Below are positions 37,333 to 45,875 of a stretch of 64,000 nucleotides of DNA, piece after piece; the first letter of the stretch is position 1, and every line of letters starts with the position of its first letter. Under the pieces are notes generated by a model, which saw only the letters and a list, made by a program, of their open reading frames with translations, searched no databases and was not told where the DNA came from. This stretch comes from Candidatus Woesearchaeota archaeon. GTDB lineage: Archaea > Nanobdellota > Nanobdellia > Woesearchaeales > ARS49. Both the position numbers and the translations under genes were made by a program. The stretch covers positions 114,492-178,491 of the forward strand of contig JAHWHZ010000003.1 in NCBI GenBank assembly GCA_019322895.1, read 5' to 3'.

Positions 37333-37524
37333 CTATTTCTTTAACTTCTTCCTAAAATCTTCTATCTCTTCTTCTTTTACTTCAGGAAAAATCTTTGCCT
37401 TGAAGCCGCAGGCCTGGCAGATGAAATCCAAAGGTGCTCCGAATCTTACTTTTGCAGGGTTGTCTAATTCTTCCTTTATATCAATGCTTCCGCATTTTGG
37501 GCATATTTTGATGTATTTTTGCAT
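37333..37524 (-). CDS. small zinc-ribbon protein
   Basis: Likely start MQKYIKICPKCGS...FICQACGF (CxxC...CxxC). The longer track ORF start is considered unlikely. Confidence 0.5.
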   Translation of the reverse strand: MQKYIKICPKCGSIDIKEELDNPAKVRFGAPLDFICQACGFKAKIFPEVKEEEIEDFRKKLKK

Positions 37525-37589
37525 CTTGTTCAGGCGTCTGGCTTGATTCAAAGAATAAAGAAAAAAAAAATGCGTTTTATCGCATAGAA

Positions 37590-37850
37590 TCAGAATCTTC
37601 TTCGTGGCTTCTTTTTCTGAAAACAATCTCTGCAGTAAACCGGCCTGTCGCCGCTTGGTTTAAACGGTACAGTGCATTTCTTGCCGCATTCAGCACAAGT
37701 TGCTTCATGTTCTTCGCGCGGACCGCGATCTCCACCACGACCACCTCTGCGAAAGCCTCCGCCGCCTCCGCCAAAGCCTCCTTCATTTCTGCCGCGTCGT
37801 TCCCCAAATCTGCCCCCGCGCCTTCCGCGTGAGCCTTTATTATCTCTCAT
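37590..37850 (-). CDS. CxxC-x17-CxxC domain protein with RGG-rich N-terminus
   Basis: CAEC, then 17 residues (GKKCTVPFKPSGDRPVY), then CRDC. Preceded by GRRGGRFGERRGR...GGGGGGFRRGGRGG. Confidence 0.75.
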   Translation of the reverse strand: MRDNKGSRGRRGGRFGERRGRNEGGFGGGGGGFRRGGRGGDRGPREEHEATCAECGKKCTVPFKPSGDRPVYCRDCFQKKKPRRRF

Positions 37851-37978
37851 GTTTTGCCTCCGAATAATTTGTTATTTATGTGATAAAAGAGTGTTGGGGT
37901 TTATAAACGTTGAGGTTTTAAATCAGTTTAGTTTGTGCACCAACCTTTATAAATCTCTTAAACTTATTAAAAACAACA

Positions 37979-38536
37979 ATGGCGCAAGGGATGGAAAAAG
38001 TTATTCTCAATGCAGGATTAGACAAGATTGCACAAGGTATTGACGTGGAAGAGAATGTCGAAGATTGTGTAGAGGTCTTGATGAAGTTTGCAAGACGGTC
38101 TGATAATGCAAGGATGTTTCAGCGAAAAAGGCAGGGCAGCGAGATATTGCAGGAGACTATTGAACAGCTGGACCTGCCCAAAGTAGGGCTGTATTCTTCT
38201 GCGCGAGTCAAGAAAGGAAAATACTGGATAATTTCCTTCCATAAATCTGGTTATTCTGTCGCGTTTTATTTCAAAAGAGGAGAAGTTGACCAAGGCAAGA
38301 ATTTATTAGAAATGGCAGAAAGAAATGAAGTGACTGATGAAGAAAAGGCTGCAGGCTTATTAAGTGCAGTAATGTCAGACAAGCATCATCATGAAGTCCT
38401 GCTGGGCAGCGAAGCAAGAGCATTGGACTTCTACGAATTAGCCAGAGTTGATGTCTTAACGCAAAAACCCAGAACATTGTTTGGCATGACCCTGCCCCTG
38501 AAAAAGACTGTGGCTAAAACTGTTTATGAGAAATAA
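37979..38536 (+). CDS. hypothetical protein (185 aa)
   Basis: Track ORF preceded by the TATA-like ctttataaat. No motif recognised. Confidence 0.5.
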   Translation: MAQGMEKVILNAGLDKIAQGIDVEENVEDCVEVLMKFARRSDNARMFQRKRQGSEILQETIEQLDLPKVGLYSSARVKKGKYWIISFHKSGYSVAFYFKRGEVDQGKNLLEMAERNEVTDEEKAAGLLSAVMSDKHHHEVLLGSEARALDFYELARVDVLTQKPRTLFGMTLPLKKTVAKTVYEK

Positions 38537-38645
38537 ATTCTTGTGCAGAAGCCCTGTTAGCTCACACAATTTCTGCATAGAAAAGCGTTAGATATTTATA
38601 TAAGAAACGCCATTTTTCTCTTAAAACCTAAAAGGAGGTAATAGT

Positions 38646-39029
38646 ATGACACCAATACAAATAATGGCGCTTATTGTAGCCTTGCTTGGCGCAGTCAAGC
38701 TGATTGTAGTTTTGATGAGCCCGCGGGCTTGGTTGAATAAGATTGTGAAGCCGATCTATGCAAACCCAATGGTTACAGCTGTAGTTGCATTGATAATCGG
38801 CGGAATTTCTTTGTGGTACCTGCTTAAGGAATTGACAATTGTCTATATTTTTGCAGTGATGCTGTTTGTCATGTCCTTGATGCTGCTGGGATTCTCAGCA
38901 TATTCTAAAGAAGCAATAGCAATGGCACAAAAGGTACTGAAAGACAAGGACGCCATAAAAAGAGCATGGCTTCCGATAATAGTCTGGATTTTATTGTTAA
39001 TCTGGGTATTTTACGCACTTTTTGCGTAA
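38646..39029 (+). CDS. membrane protein (4 TM)
   Basis: The Shine-Dalgarno AGGAGGT lies 6 nt upstream. Hydrophobic throughout. Confidence 0.6.
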   Translation: MTPIQIMALIVALLGAVKLIVVLMSPRAWLNKIVKPIYANPMVTAVVALIIGGISLWYLLKELTIVYIFAVMLFVMSLMLLGFSAYSKEAIAMAQKVLKDKDAIKRAWLPIIVWILLLIWVFYALFA

Positions 39030-39083
39030 ATTTTTTATTTTCTTTTCCTAATCTTTTTAAATTACAATTAATTCTATTTAGAC

Positions 39084-39776
39084 ATGCCTGCAATTGATGA
39101 TTTAACTGCACTTCTGAAAGAAAAGATTGATCCTTTAGAGTTCTACAAGGACCATGCACATGATATGGCGCTGTTCTTGAAAAAAAGTTTTGAGTCTGGC
39201 AAGAATATCGGTGATGTTGTTGATGCAGTGGACTTTATTGAGATTCTTGGAGTGTGTGTTTTTGGACCAACCACTCCAGAAGAAGACCGCAAATCTCTTT
39301 TAGAAAAACAAAATCTTGGAGAAGGCATGCCAGAAGCTGGCCTTGTAAAAGGTGTTTCTGACGGAATGTGTGAGCTGACTGAGGCATCTAAAGAATGGTA
39401 TGATAAATTAAGCAAGTATTATGAGACAGAAAGCAAGGATGACTTGACTGAGCTGGCCTTGTATCTGCAGCAAAAGTTTGATGATGCAGACAAGCGGTTT
39501 AGGGCATATGCGCATCACATGGCTCATTTACTGCATACTGAGATTCATCACTGCGGAACTGCTGTTGGAGAAAGATTTGTAAAATACGATGAAGATGAAG
39601 TATTAGAACAATACATGGTTCAGATAGGCATTCTCACAGGCAGCGGATTTGTCTATGAAATAACAGAAGCAGCAAAACAGTGGCATGATAAATTACAAGT
39701 AGAAGGTTTTTACAAAGATGATGAAGATATTACAAATGTTACAGAAGAAATTTCTGATGATGAGGTTCCTTTTTGA
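39084..39776 (+). CDS. acidic hypothetical protein with internal duplication
   Basis: The two halves align: DDLTALLKEK...HAHDMALFL...TEASKEWYDKL versus DDLTELALYL...YAHHMAHLL...TEAAKQWHDKL. Confidence 0.55.
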   Translation: MPAIDDLTALLKEKIDPLEFYKDHAHDMALFLKKSFESGKNIGDVVDAVDFIEILGVCVFGPTTPEEDRKSLLEKQNLGEGMPEAGLVKGVSDGMCELTEASKEWYDKLSKYYETESKDDLTELALYLQQKFDDADKRFRAYAHHMAHLLHTEIHHCGTAVGERFVKYDEDEVLEQYMVQIGILTGSGFVYEITEAAKQWHDKLQVEGFYKDDEDITNVTEEISDDEVPF

Positions 39777-39832
39777 TTATCCTTTTAGCGTTTCAATAGC
39801 TTTTTAAACAATCATAGTTTTCTTTTTATTAA

Positions 39833-40450
39833 TTGGGGGATACAAAAATGAAGATGCGGCCACCTACTGATGAAGAAGCAAAAGATTTAGCACAGTATAC
39901 AGAAGAACAACTAACTTATTGGGATGATATTCGCGCAAAACACAAGACACTTCCTAAAGATACAATGATTATGGCAGGGTTCTTCAAGGGTATTCTGGCA
40001 GATGTTAGGGAAAAATTTCCAAAATCCCGATTGTTGAGGGATGTTTTACACGAATATGCAAAAAGATTAGAAAGACTTGGCACTTACAAGTTAGAAGATA
40101 CTGATCCAAAAATAAGATCAGATCTTTTGCTTCATGCTGCCAATTTATATCAAGAAGCTGATGAAATCTGGGGATACTTGTCTGATAATGGATTCAGGCA
40201 GATGGAGTGCTATGCAGGAGCAATACATTTCAGGAGAGAAGCAGGATTAGAAAATGAAATTGAACAGTTGGGCCTTGCAGAAAGGAAAAGTGCTTTGGTA
40301 AAAGCCGTTTTTGGCAGAGAACCTGACGCTGTGATATCAAGAGAGCAAGCAAAAGAACTGTTTGGTTATGCAGAACAAACTGTTGATGACACTGTTAAAG
40401 TTTATGTTGTTAATATTGAGGAAAAAGACAATCAAAATTCAGGGGGATAA
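39833..40450 (+). CDS. hypothetical protein (205 aa)
   Basis: Track ORF with no motif recognised. Start uncertain (an alternative Met lies at 39848). Confidence 0.5.
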   Translation: MGDTKMKMRPPTDEEAKDLAQYTEEQLTYWDDIRAKHKTLPKDTMIMAGFFKGILADVREKFPKSRLLRDVLHEYAKRLERLGTYKLEDTDPKIRSDLLLHAANLYQEADEIWGYLSDNGFRQMECYAGAIHFRREAGLENEIEQLGLAERKSALVKAVFGREPDAVISREQAKELFGYAEQTVDDTVKVYVVNIEEKDNQNSGG

Positions 40451-40487
40451 AATGCAAGGATATTTCATCACAAAAAAAAGATAGTCA

Positions 40488-40733
40488 GTGACTGATAAAG
40501 AATTTGAAGCTGCTCTTGGAGAGCCGGGCGGGGATTATGAAATCGGAGACGTAAGAAAAGTAGGAAAAACAACAATGAAAGTTTATGGAATCAAGGAAGA
40601 AGGCGCGGTTGCAGGCAGGATTGACGCATCTTTCAGGCCCACTCAAACTTCTGTCGTGATTACAGGAAGCCAGGCAGAAGATATTGCTAACAAATTAATT
40701 GAAGAAACTGATTTTGATTGGGAGCCGCAGTAA
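40488..40733 (+). CDS. hypothetical protein (81 aa)
   Basis: Track ORF, non-ATG start. Confidence 0.4.
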   Translation: MTDKEFEAALGEPGGDYEIGDVRKVGKTTMKVYGIKEEGAVAGRIDASFRPTQTSVVITGSQAEDIANKLIEETDFDWEPQ

Positions 40734-40745
40734 ATCTTTCTTAAG

Positions 40746-41330
40746 ATGGTAGCTAAAATAGAGTCAAAGATAATAAAGTTTGACAAGAAATTCCAGCATT
40801 TATGCAAAAGAAAGTATCGCGGTCATCCGAAAGGCTGCCCAAACTATGGCAAAAAGCCAGGATGTCCGCCAGGCCCTTTGCTTGATGAAGTTTTTGATTT
40901 AAACAAAGAAATGTGCGTTCTCTATACTGAATATGCTGTGGGAGAGCGCGCAGAAATAATGAAGCAAAATCCAAAATTGAAGACACCCGGGCAATGGTAT
41001 AATTCAAGGTATTGGCAGGATGCAGCAAGATCACAGCATGCAAAAGAAATACTTGCCGATGCTGCGCCGATGCTGAACATCACTCCAGACAGACTTCTCA
41101 GACTGAACCTTAACATTTTTTTTGGCTTGGGCACAGTCAAGCCGTCTGAAAGAAAAGCGTTTTTTAATCTGGGTGATTTAGTGCTGGATAAGACACCAGA
41201 AGCAAGAGGAGTTAATGTAACAGACCTGATGCAGAAGTTAGGCATAGAGCTCCGTTGGGGACAATGGCCTCCTCCGCACAGCTTAGATAACACAACATAC
41301 GTTGTTTCCCTGCTTGGGCATCCTTTATGA
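40746..41330 (+). CDS. Cys-motif protein, possibly DUF2284-like metal-binding
   Basis: HLCKRKYRGHPKGCPNYGKKPGCPPGP recalls the CxxYG....CPP signature I associate with DUF2284. This is from memory only. Confidence 0.4.
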   Translation: MVAKIESKIIKFDKKFQHLCKRKYRGHPKGCPNYGKKPGCPPGPLLDEVFDLNKEMCVLYTEYAVGERAEIMKQNPKLKTPGQWYNSRYWQDAARSQHAKEILADAAPMLNITPDRLLRLNLNIFFGLGTVKPSERKAFFNLGDLVLDKTPEARGVNVTDLMQKLGIELRWGQWPPPHSLDNTTYVVSLLGHPL

Positions 41331-41366
41331 GAAAAATTTTTATAATAAAGCCTATTTCCTTAAAAT

Positions 41367-41750
41367 ATGAAACTAAAACCAGGCATAGGTTCTGAGATGT
41401 ATCAATTTCTTTTTGCACAGATGCTTGACCACAATGCAATAATTTACATAGGAGACACTGTAAGGACAGTAATAAACACAGAAAGAAAAGGCATAGCAGG
41501 AAAAGTAGTAGAAGCAAAAGTGACAGGAGTGCATTTTGATGGAGTGATGATGGCTGAGATGGATGACGCAAAATACATTCTTGATGTTCAAGGCAAAAGG
41601 CATTATGCAGGAAGGATGGACTTGGAAAGAATCTCGCAAACTCCAAAAAATGAAGAATTAGAAGAATCTATTCGCGAAGCAATGGATACGCTGGATGAAC
41701 CTGTATATAACCCAGCATATAAGCGCCTAACTCCTAGCTCGAGGAAATAA
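41367..41750 (+). CDS. hypothetical protein (127 aa)
   Basis: Track ORF with no motif recognised. Confidence 0.45.
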   Translation: MKLKPGIGSEMYQFLFAQMLDHNAIIYIGDTVRTVINTERKGIAGKVVEAKVTGVHFDGVMMAEMDDAKYILDVQGKRHYAGRMDLERISQTPKNEELEESIREAMDTLDEPVYNPAYKRLTPSSRK

Positions 41751-41798
41751 TTTCTAAATCCAAAAGCTATTTAAAACAAAGCAATTTTCTAGTATTTT

Positions 41799-42074
41799 AT
41801 GGGGGAAGACACTTATGTTGCAGTTGGATTAATCGCACATACTGACAGGGATCCCACTCCTGTGGGCTTCAAGACATGGGCGGCATATGTTGATATGTTG
41901 ATGAATGGCAACCAAGTCCAGGATGGAGAATACTTTGGTCTTGCTCCAAAATATGCAACAGTAGCAATACATGTTCCGTTGAAAGAGCCAGTGAAAGAAA
42001 GCGGTCTTGAAAGAATAAGCGAACAGCTGCAGGAAGCTCTTAGAACAGGACAGGATATTAGAATCGAGTTGTAA
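41799..42074 (+). CDS. hypothetical protein (91 aa)
   Basis: Track ORF with no motif recognised. Confidence 0.45.
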   Translation: MGEDTYVAVGLIAHTDRDPTPVGFKTWAAYVDMLMNGNQVQDGEYFGLAPKYATVAIHVPLKEPVKESGLERISEQLQEALRTGQDIRIEL

Positions 42075-42150
42075 TTCTTTAATTTGAACCGAAAATCCTC
42101 CGGAAAATTCTCAGCAAGGCATATAAAGAGTAAAAATAAAGAAATAAGCA

Positions 42151-42184
42151 TCGCTTAACCAGGCGACGCAGAGAGCTTACACCT
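42151..42184 (+). pseudogene. relic of the 5' half (positions ~8-41) of the adjacent tRNA
   Basis: tcgcttaaccaggcgacgcagagagcttacacct versus tRNA 42231-42264 tcgcttaatctggtagagcggagagcttacacct (27/34 identical). There is no acceptor strand. Confidence 0.6.
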
Positions 42185-42223
42185 AAAGTACATTAAACAT
42201 TTGAAGTATATAAAGTTTTTCAT

Positions 42224-42338
42224 GCCGGCGTCGCTTAATCTGGTAGAGCGGAGAGCTTACACCTCTCTGCCCGAAAGGGTTTCTGGGTTCAAAACCAGGA
42301 TGAGGTAATCTCTCTGGGTGAAAATCCCAGCGCCGGCG
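42224..42338 (+). tRNA. tRNA-Val: intron-containing tRNA, anticodon UAC (Val) by loop reading
   Basis: Acceptor GCCGGCG/CGCCGGC, D arm GCTT-AATCTGGTA-GAGC, anticodon arm GAGAG-CTTACAC-CTCTC. The T arm CTGGG-TTCA[...]AAT-CCCAG is interrupted by a ~31-nt insert that folds as bulge-helix-bulge. An extra GCCC-GAAA-GGGT hairpin sits in the variable region. Confidence 0.6.
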
Positions 42339-42373
42339 AACTTCAAAATAAAAAGAATTAGAAAATAAAAAAT

Positions 42374-43444
42374 TTAAAGTGTTTCTATTCCAAGCTCTTC
42401 ATTAAAGTGTTTTGCTTGAGGGCTTGATTGGGTTGGATCTGCTTTGCCAAGGATCCACGGTGATTTTACTCCAGTAACGATGGTCATCACCATAAGTTTT
42501 CCTTTCATGTCTTCTGAGACTCTTGCGCCCCAGATAACATTGGCGTCATCATCCATGCTTTCTGTGACTAATTCTCCTGCTCTGCTGATTTCATCAAGGG
42601 TCAGATCAGGTCCCCCACAGACATGTATCAGAGCCCCGGTTGCACCATTATAACTTATGTCCAGAAGAGGATTGCTTAATGCTCCTTTGACAGCTTCTTC
42701 TACCCTGTTGTTTGTGTCAGAGCTTCCTACTCCGATAGCTGCCACTCCGCCATTTGTCATTATTGCCTTTACGTCTGCATAGTCTAGATTGACAAGGCTT
42801 GGAACTGCTATTGTCTCAACTATTCCTTTTATCATTGTGGAAATCAATTCATTTGCCACTGCAAATGCCTGCTGTACAGGTAAATTTCCTGCAATACAAA
42901 CCAGTCTGTTGTTATCAATTACAATAACAGTATCGCAGACTTCTCTTAATTGCTGAAGGCCAAATTCTGCTTTGTCTATTCTTGCTCTTTCAATATTAAA
43001 CGGCATGGTCACTGTGCCAATTACAATGGAACCCATTTCTTTTGCTACTGAAGCCACCACAGGGGCTGCTCCTGTTCCAGTTCCTCCGCCTTGTCCTGCA
43101 CAGACAAATACCATGTCTGTGCCTCTTAGTGCTTCTTTTATCTGAAGCATGCTTTCTTGAGCAGCTTCAGCACCTCTTTGTGGATAGCCGCCGCATCCAA
43201 GTCCGCGTGTCAAGTCACGCCCAATCAAGAACTTGCGGTCAGCTGAAGAAATATCAACATGCTGTTTGTCTGTATTCACAGCGATTATCTCTGCACCACG
43301 GATGCCTTTCTTGTATAGCCAGGAAACCATGTTATTTCCTGCACCGCCGATGCCGATGACTTTTATGTTTGCCTGCCCGAAGTCAGCTTCTTGCGGAGCA
43401 GCTTTTTGTTCCATTGCGCTTTTTACGATGAATTCCATTTTCAC
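42374..43444 (-). CDS. ftsZ: cell division protein FtsZ
   Basis: IKVIGIGGAGNNMV, the tubulin signature GQGGGTGTGAAPVVA, and NIERARI...VIVIDNNRL. Confidence 0.95.
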   Translation of the reverse strand: MKMEFIVKSAMEQKAAPQEADFGQANIKVIGIGGAGNNMVSWLYKKGIRGAEIIAVNTDKQHVDISSADRKFLIGRDLTRGLGCGGYPQRGAEAAQESMLQIKEALRGTDMVFVCAGQGGGTGTGAAPVVASVAKEMGSIVIGTVTMPFNIERARIDKAEFGLQQLREVCDTVIVIDNNRLVCIAGNLPVQQAFAVANELISTMIKGIVETIAVPSLVNLDYADVKAIMTNGGVAAIGVGSSDTNNRVEEAVKGALSNPLLDISYNGATGALIHVCGGPDLTLDEISRAGELVTESMDDDANVIWGARVSEDMKGKLMVMTIVTGVKSPWILGKADPTQSSPQAKHFNEELGIETL

Positions 43445-43770
43445 TCAAAACCTCCTCGATCTTTGGTTGTCTTTGGTATGAATAAGATAAGGCTCTCCAA
43501 ATGTTTGTGGGTTTGGGGGGGTGGTCTTTTAGAGAAACAGTGGAGAGCCTTTGTGACAGCATGATACCGTTCCTCTATGCTAATATCCAAATGTCAATAA
43601 TTTGTATACTGATATAACCAATTCTCAACTCATATATAAATGTTTCTATATTTTTATATACTACAGCGGTCATGTCGGGATTTTATAGTACAGTATAGAA
43701 AACACAACATTTATATAGGATTTAGTATTCCCGTCTATTCGGGTGTGGTATTAGAGAAAGGTGCGAGAGA

Positions 43771-44172
43771 ATGGTAATCTTATTTGATCGATTTAATCTG
43801 CCGTCAGATGTTTTTGAAGTGATATTTTCTACTGAGCAGCAGAGAATTGTGGCAAAAGAATTGATTAAATTCATGGCAGACCATAACTGCGAGATTACCA
43901 AGACACAGATGAGCTTCTTTGCAACGCAGCTGCACGACGGCAAATATGAGTGTGTTCTCGACGAGGGGCCGCACAAGGGAAAGAAAGCAAAACTGAGTTA
44001 CAACAAAAGGCAGTTTTATGACAGGATTCTTACGCCGATGAAATCAATGGGCCTGATTGACTACGACCTTTACAAGAAGACATACAAGATTTCCAACAAG
44101 TTCTCTAATGACCTTATGAAGATAGGCCTGATGTGGAAGGCAGAATTAAGGAAGTATGGCATCAATAGTTGA
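43771..44172 (+). CDS. hypothetical protein, possible winged-helix DNA binder
   Basis: 133 aa. Its promoter/leader (cacaacatttatat...tattccc...tagagaaaggtg) is shared with the Rrf2 gene at 58.4 kb. C-terminal YDRILTPMKSMGLIDYD is wHTH-like. Confidence 0.45.
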   Translation: MVILFDRFNLPSDVFEVIFSTEQQRIVAKELIKFMADHNCEITKTQMSFFATQLHDGKYECVLDEGPHKGKKAKLSYNKRQFYDRILTPMKSMGLIDYDLYKKTYKISNKFSNDLMKIGLMWKAELRKYGINS

Positions 44173-44199
44173 TGTTTTTTAAGATTATCCTCTATTTCT

Positions 44200-44475
44200 T
44201 TAAATAGGAAGATAAAGAGGTTCTCTATTGCTGCTGCGCGCTGTTTTTTTAACTGTCTTGTATAACTTCCGGATTTTCTCTCCGCTGAATGTCTTGACTG
44301 CACGCTCTCCTTCAAATACCCTCAACAGATAAAGCCCGCGGCCTGTTTCACTCAAGCCAAGCACGATTTCTCCATCAACCTCCTTATAGAAATTAAAGCG
44401 AAAAATACCCATTCCCCGCTTTTTTTTTGCTGCTGCCATACCAATGCCCTGAAAGAAATGACAGCATATTTTCAA
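44200..44475 (-). CDS. hypothetical protein (91 aa)
   Basis: Track ORF only. Start uncertain. Confidence 0.3.
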   Translation of the reverse strand: MKICCHFFQGIGMAAAKKKRGMGIFRFNFYKEVDGEIVLGLSETGRGLYLLRVFEGERAVKTFSGEKIRKLYKTVKKTARSSNREPLYLPI

Positions 44476-44598
44476 GAGTTAAATTGCTCATATCCATTAT
44501 ATCATCCCCCACAAAACAAGAAAAAATGTTAAGAATATTTAAAGGTTTTCTAAAAGGATAAAATGGTAAATTTGGTCGCTGCGCAGAATTATCATCTC

Positions 44599-44640
44599 TT
44601 AGTTACTTTAAAGTAGTTACGAAACACAACATTTATAAAT
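44599..44640 (+). promoter_or_regulatory. palindrome (ttagttactttaaagtagttac) plus TATA box (tttataaat)
   Basis: The same palindrome-then-TATA layout occurs at 45793, 47202 and 48486. Lies 22 nt upstream of the 44662 start. Confidence 0.5.
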
Positions 44641-44661
44641 AAGCAAAACATCATATGCACT

Positions 44662-45417
44662 ATGATATTAGACAATCTTGAAGCCCGGTTAAAAAAGAAC
44701 GGCACTCTTGAAGCATTTAATAAAGATACTGCTGAAATAGATGAAGATGTTAGAAATCTACTAAAATTGCTCTTTGGTGTTGCTTCTGAATTAGATAACG
44801 CAAAACAAGAATATGTGATTCATGGAGGATACGCAGTATTGGTTCATCTGGCAGATTGTTTAGGAACTAAAGCCATACCTAAATGGCGAGGGTCTCACGA
44901 CCTAGATTTAGTTGCTAATGAAAGAATAGTGACTATGCTTAAGAGCTATCTTAATATCCTTAGCGATAGGGAAAGCCAAAGAGTCAAAGGAAAAAGAACC
45001 TTAAAAGTCCTACTTGAAGAATCTGAAAAACCGTATAAATTAGACTTGAGAATGATTGAACAGTTCGCAGACGATTCTGCAGAGACATACCGTGGCGAAG
45101 TAGATACTTTAACTGTGTATGGCATCTCTGTTAGAGTTCCTAAACTAATGCGATTATTAAAAGATAAACTGAGTGTTTCAAGAAATCTTGAAAGAGATAA
45201 CGTAGACATCTTAAATTTGATTGGTGTGCTTTATCTTAGAAAAACTCCTGCAGAAAGAGTAATTGGCGGACTTGATTTAAAGGAACGAAAAAGATTGTAT
45301 TCCTTGATTGCTGCCGACTCTGCCAAGGAAAAATTTATAAAGGAGAATGTCTTGATAGAGGTTAGTGACAAGTATCTGCTGCGTTTTAAAAAACAACTTA
45401 AAAAACGAATAAAATGA
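44662..45417 (+). CDS. AbiEii/AbiGii-like nucleotidyltransferase (toxin-type NTase fold)
   Basis: VIHGGYAVLVHL...RGSHDLDLV (the GG...DxD NTase core) and the C-terminal KDKLSVSRNLERDNVDILNL pattern typical of AbiEii (DUF1814). Confidence 0.55.
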   Translation: MILDNLEARLKKNGTLEAFNKDTAEIDEDVRNLLKLLFGVASELDNAKQEYVIHGGYAVLVHLADCLGTKAIPKWRGSHDLDLVANERIVTMLKSYLNILSDRESQRVKGKRTLKVLLEESEKPYKLDLRMIEQFADDSAETYRGEVDTLTVYGISVRVPKLMRLLKDKLSVSRNLERDNVDILNLIGVLYLRKTPAERVIGGLDLKERKRLYSLIAADSAKEKFIKENVLIEVSDKYLLRFKKQLKKRIK

Positions 45418-45785
45418 AAATACAAACATATCAAGGAGAAAATATTAGAGCCATCTTAGATAAAGCCCCTTATGATTGGAGAGCTACAGGGACATATGGT
45501 GTAGAAAGATCATTAAAAAATGGCAAGATATCGAACATATTACTAATCTATGTCAATTCCAGAGATTTAAAAGAGTGGGATAAATATCTAACAGCTAATT
45601 CTGTCAAATCAACAAAAGTTTTGCCCGATCTAAAACTTGTCGGTGTTGATACCCTTCCAGAATCTTCAAAAAAAGATAGAAACGTAGTGGATATAAGCCA
45701 CCTTATTGCTGATTTAGAGAAAGTCGCTCCACGGTATCGTGAAACACATCCTGAAATCGTAGAGCATTTAAGCGATGTTGCTTAA
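45414..45785 (+). CDS. hypothetical protein, translationally coupled to the AbiEii-like gene
   Basis: 4-nt ATGA overlap with the upstream gene. No motif recognised. Confidence 0.5.
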   Translation: MKIQTYQGENIRAILDKAPYDWRATGTYGVERSLKNGKISNILLIYVNSRDLKEWDKYLTANSVKSTKVLPDLKLVGVDTLPESSKKDRNVVDISHLIADLEKVAPRYRETHPEIVEHLSDVA

Positions 45786-45795
45786 TTCTTAGTCA
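45782..45795 (-). repeat. 14-nt stump of a map 3'-end relic
   Basis: ttaattcttagtca is identical to 49768-49781. It encodes TKN* in map sense and is fused directly to the palindrome tcactaaatagtga. Confidence 0.5.
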
Positions 45796-45830
45796 CTAAA
45801 TAGTGATTACAAACCAAAAGCTTTATAAAG
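45793..45830 (+). promoter_or_regulatory. palindrome (tcactaaatagtga) plus TATA box (ctttataaag)
   Basis: Same layout as 47202 and 48486. Confidence 0.5.
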
Positions 45831-45875
45831 GGCGTTTGCCTTTAGTAAATCAATTACCTTTAGAGGGGTGGAAAA

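Noticed and set aside
43703-43715. Shared motif CACAACATTTATA at 43703, 44624 and 58404, and the related gaaacatttatata on the minus strand near 43636 and 53686
   Set aside because: It is most simply the lineage's BRE/TATA promoter consensus rather than a specific regulatory site. Only the longer leader similarity between 43703-43770 and 58404-58462 is noted, under the Rrf2 finding.
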